Assembly: GCA_024234615.1 (NCBI GenBank)
Contig: JACKNY010000002.1
Span: forward strand, 398,111-462,110
Reading direction: 5' to 3'
DNA length: 64,000 nt
Source of the DNA: Pseudomonadales bacterium
GTDB taxonomy: Bacteria > Pseudomonadota > Gammaproteobacteria > Pseudomonadales > IMCC2047
Below are positions 1 through 10,184 of this stretch, piece after piece; the stretch's first letter is position 1; the number at the start of each line of letters is the position of its first letter. The notes below the pieces were generated by a model. It saw nothing but the letters and a program-made list of their open reading frames with translations. It ran no database searches and had not been told where the DNA came from. Made by a program: the position numbers and the translations under genes.

Positions 1-249
1 AAGCAAGAAGGCTTTTTTCAGGTATTGCTAGCGAACGAAGGTGACCCTGTTTATTTCATCATCTCCAGTCATGAGGCGTTTTGCCAATTCAAAGCGTCTT
101 AACCGCAAAAATTAATGATCCTTCAAATTAACCAAAAACATTTTCTTTGCTAAAAGTTTTACTCTTTCTATCTTTCTCCTAGCTGGTTGGATTGCTTTAT
201 TTAATACCAAACTACGCGGATAATGCCGCTTTAATTTTATATTCAGCGA

Positions 250-1674
250 TTGAACTTGACCACTCAACAAGCCAATTTGTCATCTGATCCACATCGAAGA
301 AGTTCGCGTAAAGCCTGGTTGCGGTTAACCCTGCGCCGCTCCCAACAGGAAGCGGTAGCCTCTTCGGCAATGAGCGCCACCAGCGATAACTTTTTCAATG
401 CGTTTGCTCTCTTTCTTGGTGCCAGTCTACTACAGATGGGTTGGGTGAGCGGATTGCCGCAATTGTTTGGTGCCTTCAGTCAGCTATTATCGGTATGGAT
501 CGCCAGTTATTATCGACGTCGCCATTTTATCGTGTTGGTGGCTTCGGCTCAGACGCTAGTGGTAGTTGGCTTAGCCGCTTTGGCGGCTTTATCAGGCAGT
601 GATAGTGTCTGGGTTTTTATTACGCTCGCCATGCTTTATCAGTGTGGTCTTAACCTGATTCAACCACACTGGCGCGCCTGGATGGGCAGTTTGGTGCCAC
701 CGCGTCGGCGTGGCACTTTTTTTGCGGCGCGTACGCGGCTGAGTATGCTGGCTTCACTGGCTGTCTTTCTGTTGGGCGGCGGTATTTTATCTGTTACGAC
801 CCATATTGGTATGACTTGGTTGGGATTCAGTTTGTTATTTGGCGCTGCGGCTATAGGGCGGCTGGTGTCCGCCAAATTACTATGGCATATGCATGACCCG
901 GATCCGCATCATCCTCGTGTGCCAGGCTTATTTACTCGAACAGTCCGGCAATATCGCGAGGCGATGAAAGACCGAACCTTTCGGCAGTACAGCCTTTTTA
1001 TCGCGAGCATGAATGCCATGGTGGCGATCTCTGCACCATTTTTCGCCGTTTATATGCTACAGAATTTACAGTTTACCTATTTCGAGTATGTTCTAACCAA
1101 TGTGGTTTCGGTGGCCACACAGTTTGTTACTTTAGGATATTGGGGGCGATTCAGTGATCGCTACGGTAATCGCTTAGTTATCAGGGTCACCAGCTGCTTA
1201 CTGCCGTTTCTACCGTTGTTGTGGGTGTTTTCGAGTGATTTTATTTACATCTTGGCGATCCAGGCGATCTCCGGATTTTGTTGGGCGGGATTTAGTTTAA
1301 GTACTGCCAATTACCTCTATGATATTCGTCCATTTCGTACTGATTTTGCGAGCTATGCGGCACTGCAATCCTCGCTCAGTGCGGCCTTTGTATTCGTTGG
1401 AGCACTCACCGGGGGGATGATTGCTGCGCAGGCAGACGTGCATATCAGTTCACTGAATTGGCACTGGCTCAGCGAGGCGGTATTCGTCGTTTTTATCAGT
1501 TCGTCGCTACTGCGAGCGCTAGTCACTTTATGGTTTGTTCCACGCCTCATAGAGCCACACGTCAGGCCGAGACCGAAGCTGCTAAAAATTATTTTTCGTG
1601 TGCGAGGGTTTAACGCAATTTCAGGTCTGGTGCTGGATTGGTTAACTGTCGTGCGCAGAAAAAATGGAGATTAG
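250..1674 (+). CDS. MFS transporter
   Basis: 474-aa ORF from the track. It has a non-ATG TTG start at 250 and the next in-frame ATG is at 370. About 12 hydrophobic helices. MFS motif-A-like loops are present (PPRRRGTFF, WGRFSDRYGNR). Confidence 0.7.
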   Translation: MNLTTQQANLSSDPHRRSSRKAWLRLTLRRSQQEAVASSAMSATSDNFFNAFALFLGASLLQMGWVSGLPQLFGAFSQLLSVWIASYYRRRHFIVLVASAQTLVVVGLAALAALSGSDSVWVFITLAMLYQCGLNLIQPHWRAWMGSLVPPRRRGTFFAARTRLSMLASLAVFLLGGGILSVTTHIGMTWLGFSLLFGAAAIGRLVSAKLLWHMHDPDPHHPRVPGLFTRTVRQYREAMKDRTFRQYSLFIASMNAMVAISAPFFAVYMLQNLQFTYFEYVLTNVVSVATQFVTLGYWGRFSDRYGNRLVIRVTSCLLPFLPLLWVFSSDFIYILAIQAISGFCWAGFSLSTANYLYDIRPFRTDFASYAALQSSLSAAFVFVGALTGGMIAAQADVHISSLNWHWLSEAVFVVFISSSLLRALVTLWFVPRLIEPHVRPRPKLLKIIFRVRGFNAISGLVLDWLTVVRRKNGD

Positions 1675-2088
1675 GTTTAATCACTAAGCACCTTTGTGCA
1701 AGCTCATTACTTTAAAGAGGTATTTAAATTAATGAAACCTTGCTTCATCTTTACAGGGAGTCCTCGGTAAGGAAATATCGGCTGCTGAGTGATCAAGCAT
1801 TTATTACATAGGCCCAGCTGAACTGTGACTGTTAATCGAGTGGGTATCCGCTGCCTGGGTATTTTACAACTTGCTTTCGTTAACGTGATATTGCTCTAAA
1901 CTGGGCTTTGATACCTATGTGATAATTTTTGGTGTATCCTAGAAATAGCCATGAATAATGGTTGTTTAATAAATTTATTCGCCTTCTTTGGGGTAATCTG
2001 GTTCCCTGTATTGTTTTATCGATTGAAATGTGTCTAAAAGTACAGCCGATAACCCGTTGTTTTGTCGCTGGAATTTATGAGGTGCGTA

Positions 2089-3135
2089 ATGTCTGAGCCA
2101 AAACGATCAGAATGCAATCATCAATGGATTGGTTCGTCTGTGTTAAAAGGTATGGGACCTGACACTTTATTTGCAAATCATAATTTGCTTGTCACACGAA
2201 ACCAGAGTTATGCCCGGGCCAGTGTCGAAGAGGTTTTTTGTAAACACTCCCTAAGAACCTGTAACAATGCAAATCCTATTAATTTTATTCACAGGGGAGC
2301 GAGTCTTTGCTCTCTGACATTTAATCTTATTAGTTATGGTGCGGATGTAGAGGTTACAGTTAACGATACGAATCGGAACCACTATATTCTTGTGCTACCC
2401 CTAAGTGGCCGTGCGACAGTCAAAAATCAAGATGAGCATGCTGATCTGAATGGGGGCGAGATTGTGGTTCTCGAACCGTTAAGCCGCTTCAGATTCGAAA
2501 TGCAAAGTGATCATAGTCATTTGGGTATTGGGATTCCTAAGCAAAGACTTAACATTCTTTTCTCAAAATATACCCAACAGTTAGGCAGAAAGTGGATAGA
2601 GTTTCAGCGTAAACCTTACTTGGTAAAAGATATGGACTCCGGTCTGCTTGATTTTCTCGCATACATTTGCAAAGAAATTGACAGGCAGGGTTCGATTGCC
2701 ACGAGAGGTTCCGTCGCCGCCGCCATAGAAGACACATTTTTAACGCTACTAGTTTCTTCTTTGCTGGAAACAGATTTATCCAGAGATGTGGCACGCGAAA
2801 GGACTCCAGCTGTGCCGCCCTATCTTCGAAAAGCAGCGCTTTTTATGGAGAAAAATCTACTTGAAGATATTGATGTCCAAGACATTGCTGAGGCTGCGGG
2901 AGTGTCAGAGCGAACACTTTATCATGCCTGCCAGAAGTACCATGGGGTTAGCCCAATTCTCTGGCTAAGAACTCTGCGTTTAAGGCAAGCTAGGCTCGAC
3001 TTGCTTGACCCAATGCAATTCGATATATCTGTGACAGAAGTGTCTCATCGTTACCAGCAATGCCATGTTGGGCGGTTTGCCCATGCCTATTTCCAAGAAT
3101 TTGGAGAGTACCCCTCGGATACACGGAAAAAGTGA
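2089..3135 (+). CDS. AraC family transcriptional regulator
   Basis: The C-terminal double HTH is typical of AraC/XylS (DVQDIAEAAGVSERTLYHACQKYHGVSPILWLRTLRLRQARLDLL ... FGEYPSDTRK). The track ORF opens at TTG 2062. ATG 2089 is preceded by GAGGTG, so I prefer it as the start. Confidence 0.85.
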   Translation: MSEPKRSECNHQWIGSSVLKGMGPDTLFANHNLLVTRNQSYARASVEEVFCKHSLRTCNNANPINFIHRGASLCSLTFNLISYGADVEVTVNDTNRNHYILVLPLSGRATVKNQDEHADLNGGEIVVLEPLSRFRFEMQSDHSHLGIGIPKQRLNILFSKYTQQLGRKWIEFQRKPYLVKDMDSGLLDFLAYICKEIDRQGSIATRGSVAAAIEDTFLTLLVSSLLETDLSRDVARERTPAVPPYLRKAALFMEKNLLEDIDVQDIAEAAGVSERTLYHACQKYHGVSPILWLRTLRLRQARLDLLDPMQFDISVTEVSHRYQQCHVGRFAHAYFQEFGEYPSDTRKK

Positions 3136-3447
3136 TGGGTAAGAGCATTACCTTACCTGAGACCTTAGCATTGAGCACTGTTGTAACCACTCAATACGTT
3201 ATAAGACGGCGATGTAGTGTATGCATCCGCATCAGATTTAACGTCATATTGTAGTTAACATTTTTTAGCGTTGTATCATCCCGCAAATATCTAACCTGGT
3301 TGAACAGCTACATTGTGTTTGACTCTCTTTGCGTGAACGCTTTTGCAGAAACTGACCTTCCCCTGCGGTTTTTGGCTTTTGCGACCTTATTTTCTTGTGA
3401 GACCCTAAGCCCAGATAATTTCAAAACACAAGATAGAGGAATGTAAT

Positions 3448-5790
3448 ATGTTAGGGGTTTATGGTCGTATTAATCTTATATCTTTCGCTTTATTGGGAAC
3501 ATCGACGTTATTTACTTACGTTCCATTAACTTTCGCAGCAGAAGCTACTCTGGAAGAGGTTGTCGTAACAGCCCGGAGAAAAGAAGAAAGTCTTCAGGAA
3601 ACGCCAGTTGCGGTGTCGGCTTTCAATAGTGAAGCGATTGAACTGCGCAATATCCAGTCTGTCTCCGACGTTACAAATTTTGTGCCCAATGTACAGTTTG
3701 ATAGCGCTGCGTCGGAGTCTGGTGGAGGAGCTTCTTCACAGATATCCATACGAGGTATAGGCCAGACAGATTATGCCATTACGGTCGAACCGGGCGTAGG
3801 GCTTTATCTTGACGGCGTCTATATCGGCAAGTCGGTAGGATCTTTGATGGACGCGGTTGACCTCGGCGGCATCGAAGTGCTGCGCGGACCTCAAGGAACT
3901 TTGTTTGGTAAAAATACCATTGGCGGAGCAATTTTATTGACGTCAAAAAAGCCGAGCGATGAGAAGGAGTTTACTCTTGATGTTACCGCAGGTGAATTTG
4001 ACCGCAGAGATTTGAAAGTATCCGGTAATTTACCAATTAGTGATAGTTTCCGGGTTCGTGCTTCACTTGCCTCCCTTAACCGTGATGGCCACGTTGACCG
4101 AATTCTTACCGGAGATACACAAGGCGATAAAGACGCATTGTCAGGCCGTATTGTAGCCGACTGGGATTTTTCCGAAAACCTGACAGGGTCACTTGCGATC
4201 GATGCTACGCGGGCACGAGAACAATCTCCTGGACAAGTGACGATCCTGGTCGATGAAAATGCTTTTTTTGGTGGCTTGCACAACACAATTGCTTTTCCTG
4301 CTTGTGACCCTGCCCTGAACGATCCGGCACGATTCAGCAATCCAAACTGCTCGAACTCACAATTTGCAGCGGATATAGACAATCTGAATAGCACCAACAC
4401 TGGTCCAAATCAATCTGACACCGATATCTGGGGAGCAAGTTTTACCCTTGATTGGGAGCTTAATGCCGCCTCCGTCAAATCTATCACAGCATACCGTCGC
4501 GCAGAAGTAGATGTTTTTCAGGAGTTAGCCGGCGTACCTGCTTACCAAAATAATATTGCTCAGGACATTACACTAAAGCTATTTAGTCAAGAATTTCAGC
4601 TATCCGGGCAAGCCTTCAATGATAGGATAAATTATTTGTTAGGTATTTATTACGCCACGGAAAAGGGCTCACAGAGATTTCCCGTGTTGCTGGAATCGGT
4701 GCAATTTACCAGTGGCGGTGAAATTGATAATGAAAGCACTGCAATCTTTGGACAAATTGGCTTCGAGATAACCGACGCCTTAACGCTAACTTTAGGCGCA
4801 CGCATCAGCGATGAAGAGAAAAACTTTTTACCACAGCAACGAATTGACAATGTTCCGGATATTTTTGAGCCGTTTTTCGCATCTCTAGCGGGCGCAACAG
4901 GTAATGGTTTCCTGGTTCAAGAGGGTCTGCCCTTATTCCCCGAAGTTGAAGTTTCACGTTCCGACACCGAATTCACGCCGTCGGTGACGCTGGATTATCA
5001 CTTTGGGGAATCAAACTTGGCTTATGCGAGCTATTCACAGGGTTTCAAAAGCGGCGGGTTTACCTTGCGAGGTTTTCCACCCGTTATTCCTGGTGTTACA
5101 ACTACAGAAACCAACATAAATAGATTGATTCCAAGCTTTGCTCCAGAAACAGCGGAGGTATTTGAAATTGGTTTGAAAACCGAATTTTTTGACCGTCGTA
5201 TACGTTTAAATATCGCGGCATTTTTTACCAATTATGACGATGTACAGTTGACCGCAAATACTGGACCGAACGCTTTTGTACCCGTTCTCATTAACGCTGG
5301 GGATGCTGAAATAAAAGGTCTGGAGATAGAGGGTATTATTCTTGCGGCTGATTGGTTACGTCTGGATATTAGTGCGGGTTATCTGGATAGCGAATATAAG
5401 GGGCTCTCTGCGGAAGCAATTGCTGCTGGTACCTCACTGAACAGTGATCTCCCTAATGCCCCTGAACGAACAGCGACATTTGGCGTGACGGCTGACTTTT
5501 TTAATAATGAAAATGGACATTTGTTTGCCCGTACGGATGTGTCTTATAAGAGTTCGCAATTTAAAACAGTAGCAAATGATGCCATTTTAGAGCAGGACGA
5601 TTATACGCTTGTGAATGCGGCAGTCACTTACCGGTTTCGCGGTGACCGTTGGCAGACAACTCTGGGTGTAACCAATCTGACCGATGAAATATACATCGTA
5701 AGTGGTGTTGCTAATGCCGGGATTGGCTATGCACAAGCCGTAGTTTCCCGCCCCCGAGAGTGGTACCTAAACGTAAAATACACGTACTAA
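3448..5790 (+). CDS. TonB-dependent receptor
   Basis: Signal peptide, then a TonB-box/plug region (LEEVVVTARRKEESLQETPVAVSAF, IEVLRGPQGTLFGKNTIGGAI). A long beta-barrel region ends in an aromatic C-terminus (YLNVKYTY). SD AGAGGA lies upstream of the ATG. Confidence 0.9.
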   Translation: MLGVYGRINLISFALLGTSTLFTYVPLTFAAEATLEEVVVTARRKEESLQETPVAVSAFNSEAIELRNIQSVSDVTNFVPNVQFDSAASESGGGASSQISIRGIGQTDYAITVEPGVGLYLDGVYIGKSVGSLMDAVDLGGIEVLRGPQGTLFGKNTIGGAILLTSKKPSDEKEFTLDVTAGEFDRRDLKVSGNLPISDSFRVRASLASLNRDGHVDRILTGDTQGDKDALSGRIVADWDFSENLTGSLAIDATRAREQSPGQVTILVDENAFFGGLHNTIAFPACDPALNDPARFSNPNCSNSQFAADIDNLNSTNTGPNQSDTDIWGASFTLDWELNAASVKSITAYRRAEVDVFQELAGVPAYQNNIAQDITLKLFSQEFQLSGQAFNDRINYLLGIYYATEKGSQRFPVLLESVQFTSGGEIDNESTAIFGQIGFEITDALTLTLGARISDEEKNFLPQQRIDNVPDIFEPFFASLAGATGNGFLVQEGLPLFPEVEVSRSDTEFTPSVTLDYHFGESNLAYASYSQGFKSGGFTLRGFPPVIPGVTTTETNINRLIPSFAPETAEVFEIGLKTEFFDRRIRLNIAAFFTNYDDVQLTANTGPNAFVPVLINAGDAEIKGLEIEGIILAADWLRLDISAGYLDSEYKGLSAEAIAAGTSLNSDLPNAPERTATFGVTADFFNNENGHLFARTDVSYKSSQFKTVANDAILEQDDYTLVNAAVTYRFRGDRWQTTLGVTNLTDEIYIVSGVANAGIGYAQAVVSRPREWYLNVKYTY

Positions 5791-5836
5791 TAGAACTTGG
5801 TTGAAAACCGCATATCTTCTGCAACAGGAGAAATTA

Positions 5837-6844
5837 ATGACTGTTAAGTTTAGTGTCATGATTACCGGCATGTACCCTATGTCTTGTTTTGTGCCCTGGG
5901 CAAAAAAAATTGAAGCTTATGGGTTTGATGAGCTGCATATCGCGGACGATCTGATTTTCCGTCCAGCGTGGTTGATCTTAGCCCTGATTGGCGCAAACAC
6001 AAGTACACTAAAAATAGGACCGGCGATAGTGACACCACAAGTGGCGCACCCTGTTTACCACGCAGCAAATCTTGCTGCTTTGGATGAACTCACTAATGGA
6101 CGAGCTGTTTGCGGTATCGGTCGAGGCGGTTTTAACCCACTACTAGGTATAGTTAATCCAGCAAAGCCAATCAAAATGGTCCAAGAAGCTCATCAGGTAA
6201 TGTCGCATGTACTCTCTGGCACCAGAGAACAATTTGACGGTGAGTTTTTCACTGTTACGAAAGACCTCTATTTTCAATTTGAGACATTAAGACCAGATTT
6301 GCCTATTTTTATCGGCACGTGGGGACCAATGATGGCAAAAATGGCAGGGAAAATCGCCAGTGGATTTAAAGCAGATTGTACCTGGAGCCCGTCATATCTA
6401 TCTCACCTCAAGAAGCAATTTTTTGAAGGTGCTGAAAGTGTTGGGCGTGATATTTCTACGCTTGATGTGATTGTTGGTCCGCTTTGCTCCCTCTCCCGAG
6501 ACAGGGCAGCGGCGATGGATCATATCAAAGGCTTACTTGCTCTATTACAGCCTGCGCTAGCTCCAATGACTGCTAACGAAGGGATACCTCCAGATGAAAT
6601 ACAAGCCGCTTATGACGCTTTTCAAGCCGGTGATATTAATAAAGCTAAAAGCTTAGTGTCAGACAAGTCAATTCGTGCTTTTTCAGTAACAGGTACGCCA
6701 GCAGATGTTATTCCACAAATTGAGGAAATGATAGATGCCGGCGCTACACATATTGCGTTCGGCCCCCCTTTAGGACCGGATTTTGATGTAGCGCTTGATT
6801 TACTTGCACAAGAGGTATTACCACACTTTAAGGACTTGCGTTAG
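5837..6844 (+). CDS. LLM-class (luciferase-like) flavin-dependent oxidoreductase
   Basis: The pattern is that of the TIM-barrel luciferase-like family (FDELHIADDL, GPAIVTPQVAHP, GRAVCGIGRGG, FIGTWGPMMAKMAGKIA). ATG 5837 follows AGGAG. It lies 46 nt after the receptor stop, so it is probably co-transcribed with it. Confidence 0.75.
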   Translation: MTVKFSVMITGMYPMSCFVPWAKKIEAYGFDELHIADDLIFRPAWLILALIGANTSTLKIGPAIVTPQVAHPVYHAANLAALDELTNGRAVCGIGRGGFNPLLGIVNPAKPIKMVQEAHQVMSHVLSGTREQFDGEFFTVTKDLYFQFETLRPDLPIFIGTWGPMMAKMAGKIASGFKADCTWSPSYLSHLKKQFFEGAESVGRDISTLDVIVGPLCSLSRDRAAAMDHIKGLLALLQPALAPMTANEGIPPDEIQAAYDAFQAGDINKAKSLVSDKSIRAFSVTGTPADVIPQIEEMIDAGATHIAFGPPLGPDFDVALDLLAQEVLPHFKDLR

Positions 6845-6964
6845 ATAAACTATAGTCTAGCCAAGCTCTTTATTTAAGATAGAAATCTTAGTACGGGTAA
6901 CTTAGGTTGCTACTGAATTACCTTTATTGATGATATTTTTGACAAAAAGCTAAGAGGCCTAGTT

Positions 6965-7396
6965 ATGAATGAAAAAAATGAAAAGCTCCTTGATGATAAT
7001 TATACCGCGTGGTGTAACCATGACCTGGAGGCTATAGCTAATTGCTTTGCTGATAACTGCGTCTACGAAGACATGGCTATGGGAGTAAACTTTAACGGGA
7101 TTAAAGAAGTTTGTGGATTTGCCCAAGAAGTATTCAAGACTATGCCGGATTTTCATGTCGCCTACATTAAACGGTTTGCTACCGATTCACATGGTGCGGG
7201 CCAATGGGTTATAACTGCCACATGGAATGGCGAGTTTGAAGGAATGGACTGCACAGGTAAAAAAATTCAATTTACTGGTTTATCCTATTATGAATTTCGT
7301 GATGGCAAGATAGCATATGCCCAAGACTGTTGGGATTTTTCAGTAATGATGCAGACATTCGGTGTGTTACGTGAGAGTCTCCGCAATCTTAAATGA
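6965..7396 (+). CDS. SnoaL-like / ester-cyclase family protein (NTF2-like fold)
   Basis: 143 aa with the typical SnoaL-like layout: W..HDLEAI...FADNCVYED, MPDFHV, then TGKKIQFTGLSYYEFRDGKI, then W.D...M. Confidence 0.65.
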   Translation: MNEKNEKLLDDNYTAWCNHDLEAIANCFADNCVYEDMAMGVNFNGIKEVCGFAQEVFKTMPDFHVAYIKRFATDSHGAGQWVITATWNGEFEGMDCTGKKIQFTGLSYYEFRDGKIAYAQDCWDFSVMMQTFGVLRESLRNLK

Positions 7397-7585
7397 GTTC
7401 GCTAAGCGACAAAGCAGTGTTACCAAGTTGACTCAGAGAGGTGGGCTCCACCTTAACAGTGATTGACCATCTATACGTGTATTTCCCTTGAGGCGGATTA
7501 CTGCTTTTCTTTTTGAGGTATATTTTGTCCAAGCCTTTTGGTAAGACCATAGAAAAATTTTATGTATACCCTTAAGGAGATTTAG

Positions 7586-8305
7586 GTGGTACTAGAAACT
7601 AAACAAAACTCATTAATACTTGGTATATCCATATTTTTAGGGTTGAGTAGCCTTGGCTACCTACTGGGAAATTCAGCGATAAAATTTAAAGAATACGAAA
7701 GAACTGTAACAGTGAAAGGCTTGTCTGAAAGGGAGTTGGGATCAGATATTGTTATTTGGCCAATACAATTTACTGCAGCCGGCAATAACCTGGAAGAGTT
7801 GTATGAAGCCATTGATGTAAACACGAAAAATATACGTGAGTTTTTATCGGGTAAGGGAATCGATAAAGAGGAAATCTCTTTTGCTACCCCGTCAATCACT
7901 GATAAGTCTGCACAACAATATGGAAACCAGGCTAAAGCCGAGTTTCGATACACCGCTGTTCAAACATTAACCGTATATTCTAAAGACATTGATTCCGTTA
8001 GAAAAGTAATGGGGCAGTTATCAGAGCTGGGTAAAAAAGGGATTGTGTTCACGGGTGGAAACTACCAATCTCAAACGGAGTATCTATTTACTCGTCTAAA
8101 CGAAATAAAGCCTGAAATGATTGAGGAAGCAACTCGTAAAGCGCGAGAAGTTGCCGAAAAATTTGCCTCAGACTCGAAAAGTACTCTGGGTAAGATCAGA
8201 AAGGCTACTCAAGGACAGTTCAGCATTAATGCCCGAGACAAAAATAATCCACATATCAAGAAAGTAAGAGTAGTTTCTACCGTAGAGTACTATTTATCGG
8301 ACTGA
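7586..8305 (+). CDS. SIMPL (DUF541) domain-containing protein, membrane-anchored or secreted
   Basis: GTG start preceded by AAGGAG. N-terminal hydrophobic segment. The body resembles the SIMPL family (RTVTVKGLSERE..., ...QGQFSI...). Confidence 0.65.
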   Translation: MVLETKQNSLILGISIFLGLSSLGYLLGNSAIKFKEYERTVTVKGLSERELGSDIVIWPIQFTAAGNNLEELYEAIDVNTKNIREFLSGKGIDKEEISFATPSITDKSAQQYGNQAKAEFRYTAVQTLTVYSKDIDSVRKVMGQLSELGKKGIVFTGGNYQSQTEYLFTRLNEIKPEMIEEATRKAREVAEKFASDSKSTLGKIRKATQGQFSINARDKNNPHIKKVRVVSTVEYYLSD

Positions 8306-8700
8306 GGAGAAGGCGTACACAAGAACAAACAACGGATTCACTTTTTCTATGACTGTTTGTGGCTGACCTCTAAAAAATTAATCCGGACTAACGTTGAGTT
8401 TGTAGAAAAACCCCGAATACGGCCTCTCTTGGGTGGTCGAGCCTCTAGATCGTGGAACTGCTCTTATCGGCGTTACCCAGCAATTTACCCTCAAAGTCTG
8501 GTTGGTTGAACGCCGAAAGGCTGAAGCGGCTATCAGGCCATGAACGTTCGGGCGCCTTGTACCCCGGATGTCGCTATACTCGGGCCGTCACACCAGTGTT
8601 GGTATACCCCAACTGTCAATGGGTGGACGCTTATGCCCATTGGCACTCATTTCTAGATATAATTTGTCTAGCTGAATAAAATACCATTAGGCTTACTAAA

Positions 8701-10065
8701 ATGGCTGATGACACAAATAATATATTGCAGCGTGGTCTGGAGAATATTCAACCTCCTTTTTCAAACTTTATCCGTGCGCAGACAACATCTAGCCTGTTTC
8801 TTCTGGTCGCCACTATCGTGGCCCTGTGGTGGGCAAATTCAGATTATTCTTCTACCTATCAGAATCTAACACATACACCGATAGGTATTTTTCTGGGTGA
8901 TCTAGAGCTGCAAGCTTCAGTTAAACACGTTATAAATGATGGCTTAATGGTCATATTTTTCTTCCTCATCGGACTTGAGATCAAACGTGAAGTACTCGCT
9001 GGAGATCTAGCTTTGTCAGAAAATCGACGCATGTTGATTCTTTGTGCTGGCGGTGGAATGGTTTTTCCAGCAGTAATCTATTCCTTATTCAACTGGTCAT
9101 TAGATTCACAGATTGGATGGGGCATCCCGATGGCGACAGATACGGCATTTGCGTTAGGTGTGCTCGCCCTCATTAGAAAACACATCCCTACTAGTCTGTT
9201 AGCATTTCTTGTTGGTCTCGCCATTGTTGACGATGTCGGCGCTATACTAGTCATTGCATTGTTCTATACACAGGAAATATCTGTAACCTTTCTGCTCATC
9301 TCATTTGCTCTAATCGCATTTTTGGCAGTAGCTAATTATGCAGGTGTCCACCAACCAATTTTCTATATAGTCGTAGGGGTCGCTGCCTGGTGGACGATGC
9401 TTAAATCCGGCGTTCATCCCACTTTCGCTGGCGTCGCGATTGCGTTAACAATACCTGCACGACCATTTTTATCGCCTGATAAATTACTCGATAAAGCGAA
9501 AACTAAAATTAACTCAATACAAAAAAATGAAGACCAGGTCGATGTTCTTGGTAGTCGCCAGGATCATGAGCAAGTGTTAGAGATACGTGATTATGCGGAA
9601 CGCGCCAGCACACCCTTGCGTCGCTGGGAAGATGCGCTGGACTTACCCGTCGCATTATTTGTCTTGCCACTGTTTGCTCTGGCTAATGCAGGCGTGGCCT
9701 TTAGCTTAAACTCATTTATCGAAAGCCTTCAACATCCGACCGGATTGGGGATCATTACGGGACTGGTAGTGGGCAAATTTGTAGGTATTACAGGTGCATG
9801 CTGGCTTGGACTAAAGTACAAAATCGGGTGTTTACCGGACGGCATTAATCTACACCACGTAATCGGTGTTTCACTGCTAGCTGGCATTGGCTTCACAATG
9901 TCTACATTTATAGCCACACTGGGATTTGACACGCAACCATTGCATCTGCATAGCGCTAAAACTTCAATTTTGTTCGCTTCAGTTATCTCTGCAATTCTTG
10001 GCATATTATATATCCGGGTTGTTGCTAAAAATAAAACCGAACAAAAAGAAGCCACTAAAAGCTAA
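8701..10065 (+). CDS. nhaA: Na+/H+ antiporter NhaA (long-loop form)
   Basis: Conserved NhaA motifs are present: GLEIKRE, GWGIPMATDTAFALGVL, and LAIVDDVGAILVIALFYT with the paired Asp. It has 454 aa with an extra hydrophilic loop (PARPFLSPDKLL...RRWE). Confidence 0.92.
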   Translation: MADDTNNILQRGLENIQPPFSNFIRAQTTSSLFLLVATIVALWWANSDYSSTYQNLTHTPIGIFLGDLELQASVKHVINDGLMVIFFFLIGLEIKREVLAGDLALSENRRMLILCAGGGMVFPAVIYSLFNWSLDSQIGWGIPMATDTAFALGVLALIRKHIPTSLLAFLVGLAIVDDVGAILVIALFYTQEISVTFLLISFALIAFLAVANYAGVHQPIFYIVVGVAAWWTMLKSGVHPTFAGVAIALTIPARPFLSPDKLLDKAKTKINSIQKNEDQVDVLGSRQDHEQVLEIRDYAERASTPLRRWEDALDLPVALFVLPLFALANAGVAFSLNSFIESLQHPTGLGIITGLVVGKFVGITGACWLGLKYKIGCLPDGINLHHVIGVSLLAGIGFTMSTFIATLGFDTQPLHLHSAKTSILFASVISAILGILYIRVVAKNKTEQKEATKS

Positions 10066-10184
10066 GTAGACACTAGAGGTGTCATTTCCTACCTTAATAA
10101 TTTGAGAAAGATTGGGTCTCTCACGAGCCCCCATTTAATTTATAATTCTTTTTACTCCGCCCCGCTTACCAATAAGGAATAAAA

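Noticed and set aside
1-25. GGCTTTTTT at the very start of the window, looking like the 3' half of a terminator
   Set aside because: The 5' arm of any stem would lie outside the window, so I cannot evaluate it.
3891-4400. Long antisense or alternative-frame ORFs inside confident genes (3891-4400, 12563-12976, 17366-17788, 34396-34752, 43041-43460, 46543-46887, 50336-50719, 62471-62857 and the many 60-100 aa ones)
   Set aside because: Each lies wholly within a gene with clear family motifs on the other strand or frame. They have biased, low-complexity translations and no SD. They are typical shadow ORFs.
8452-8679. 75-aa ORF (GTG start) in the spacer upstream of nhaA
   Set aside because: It has no SD and its composition is odd (rich in Cys, Trp, His and Pro, with no hydrophobic periodicity). 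It lies in a region that looks more like structured RNA or decayed sequence. I treat it as non-coding and discuss it in the findings.
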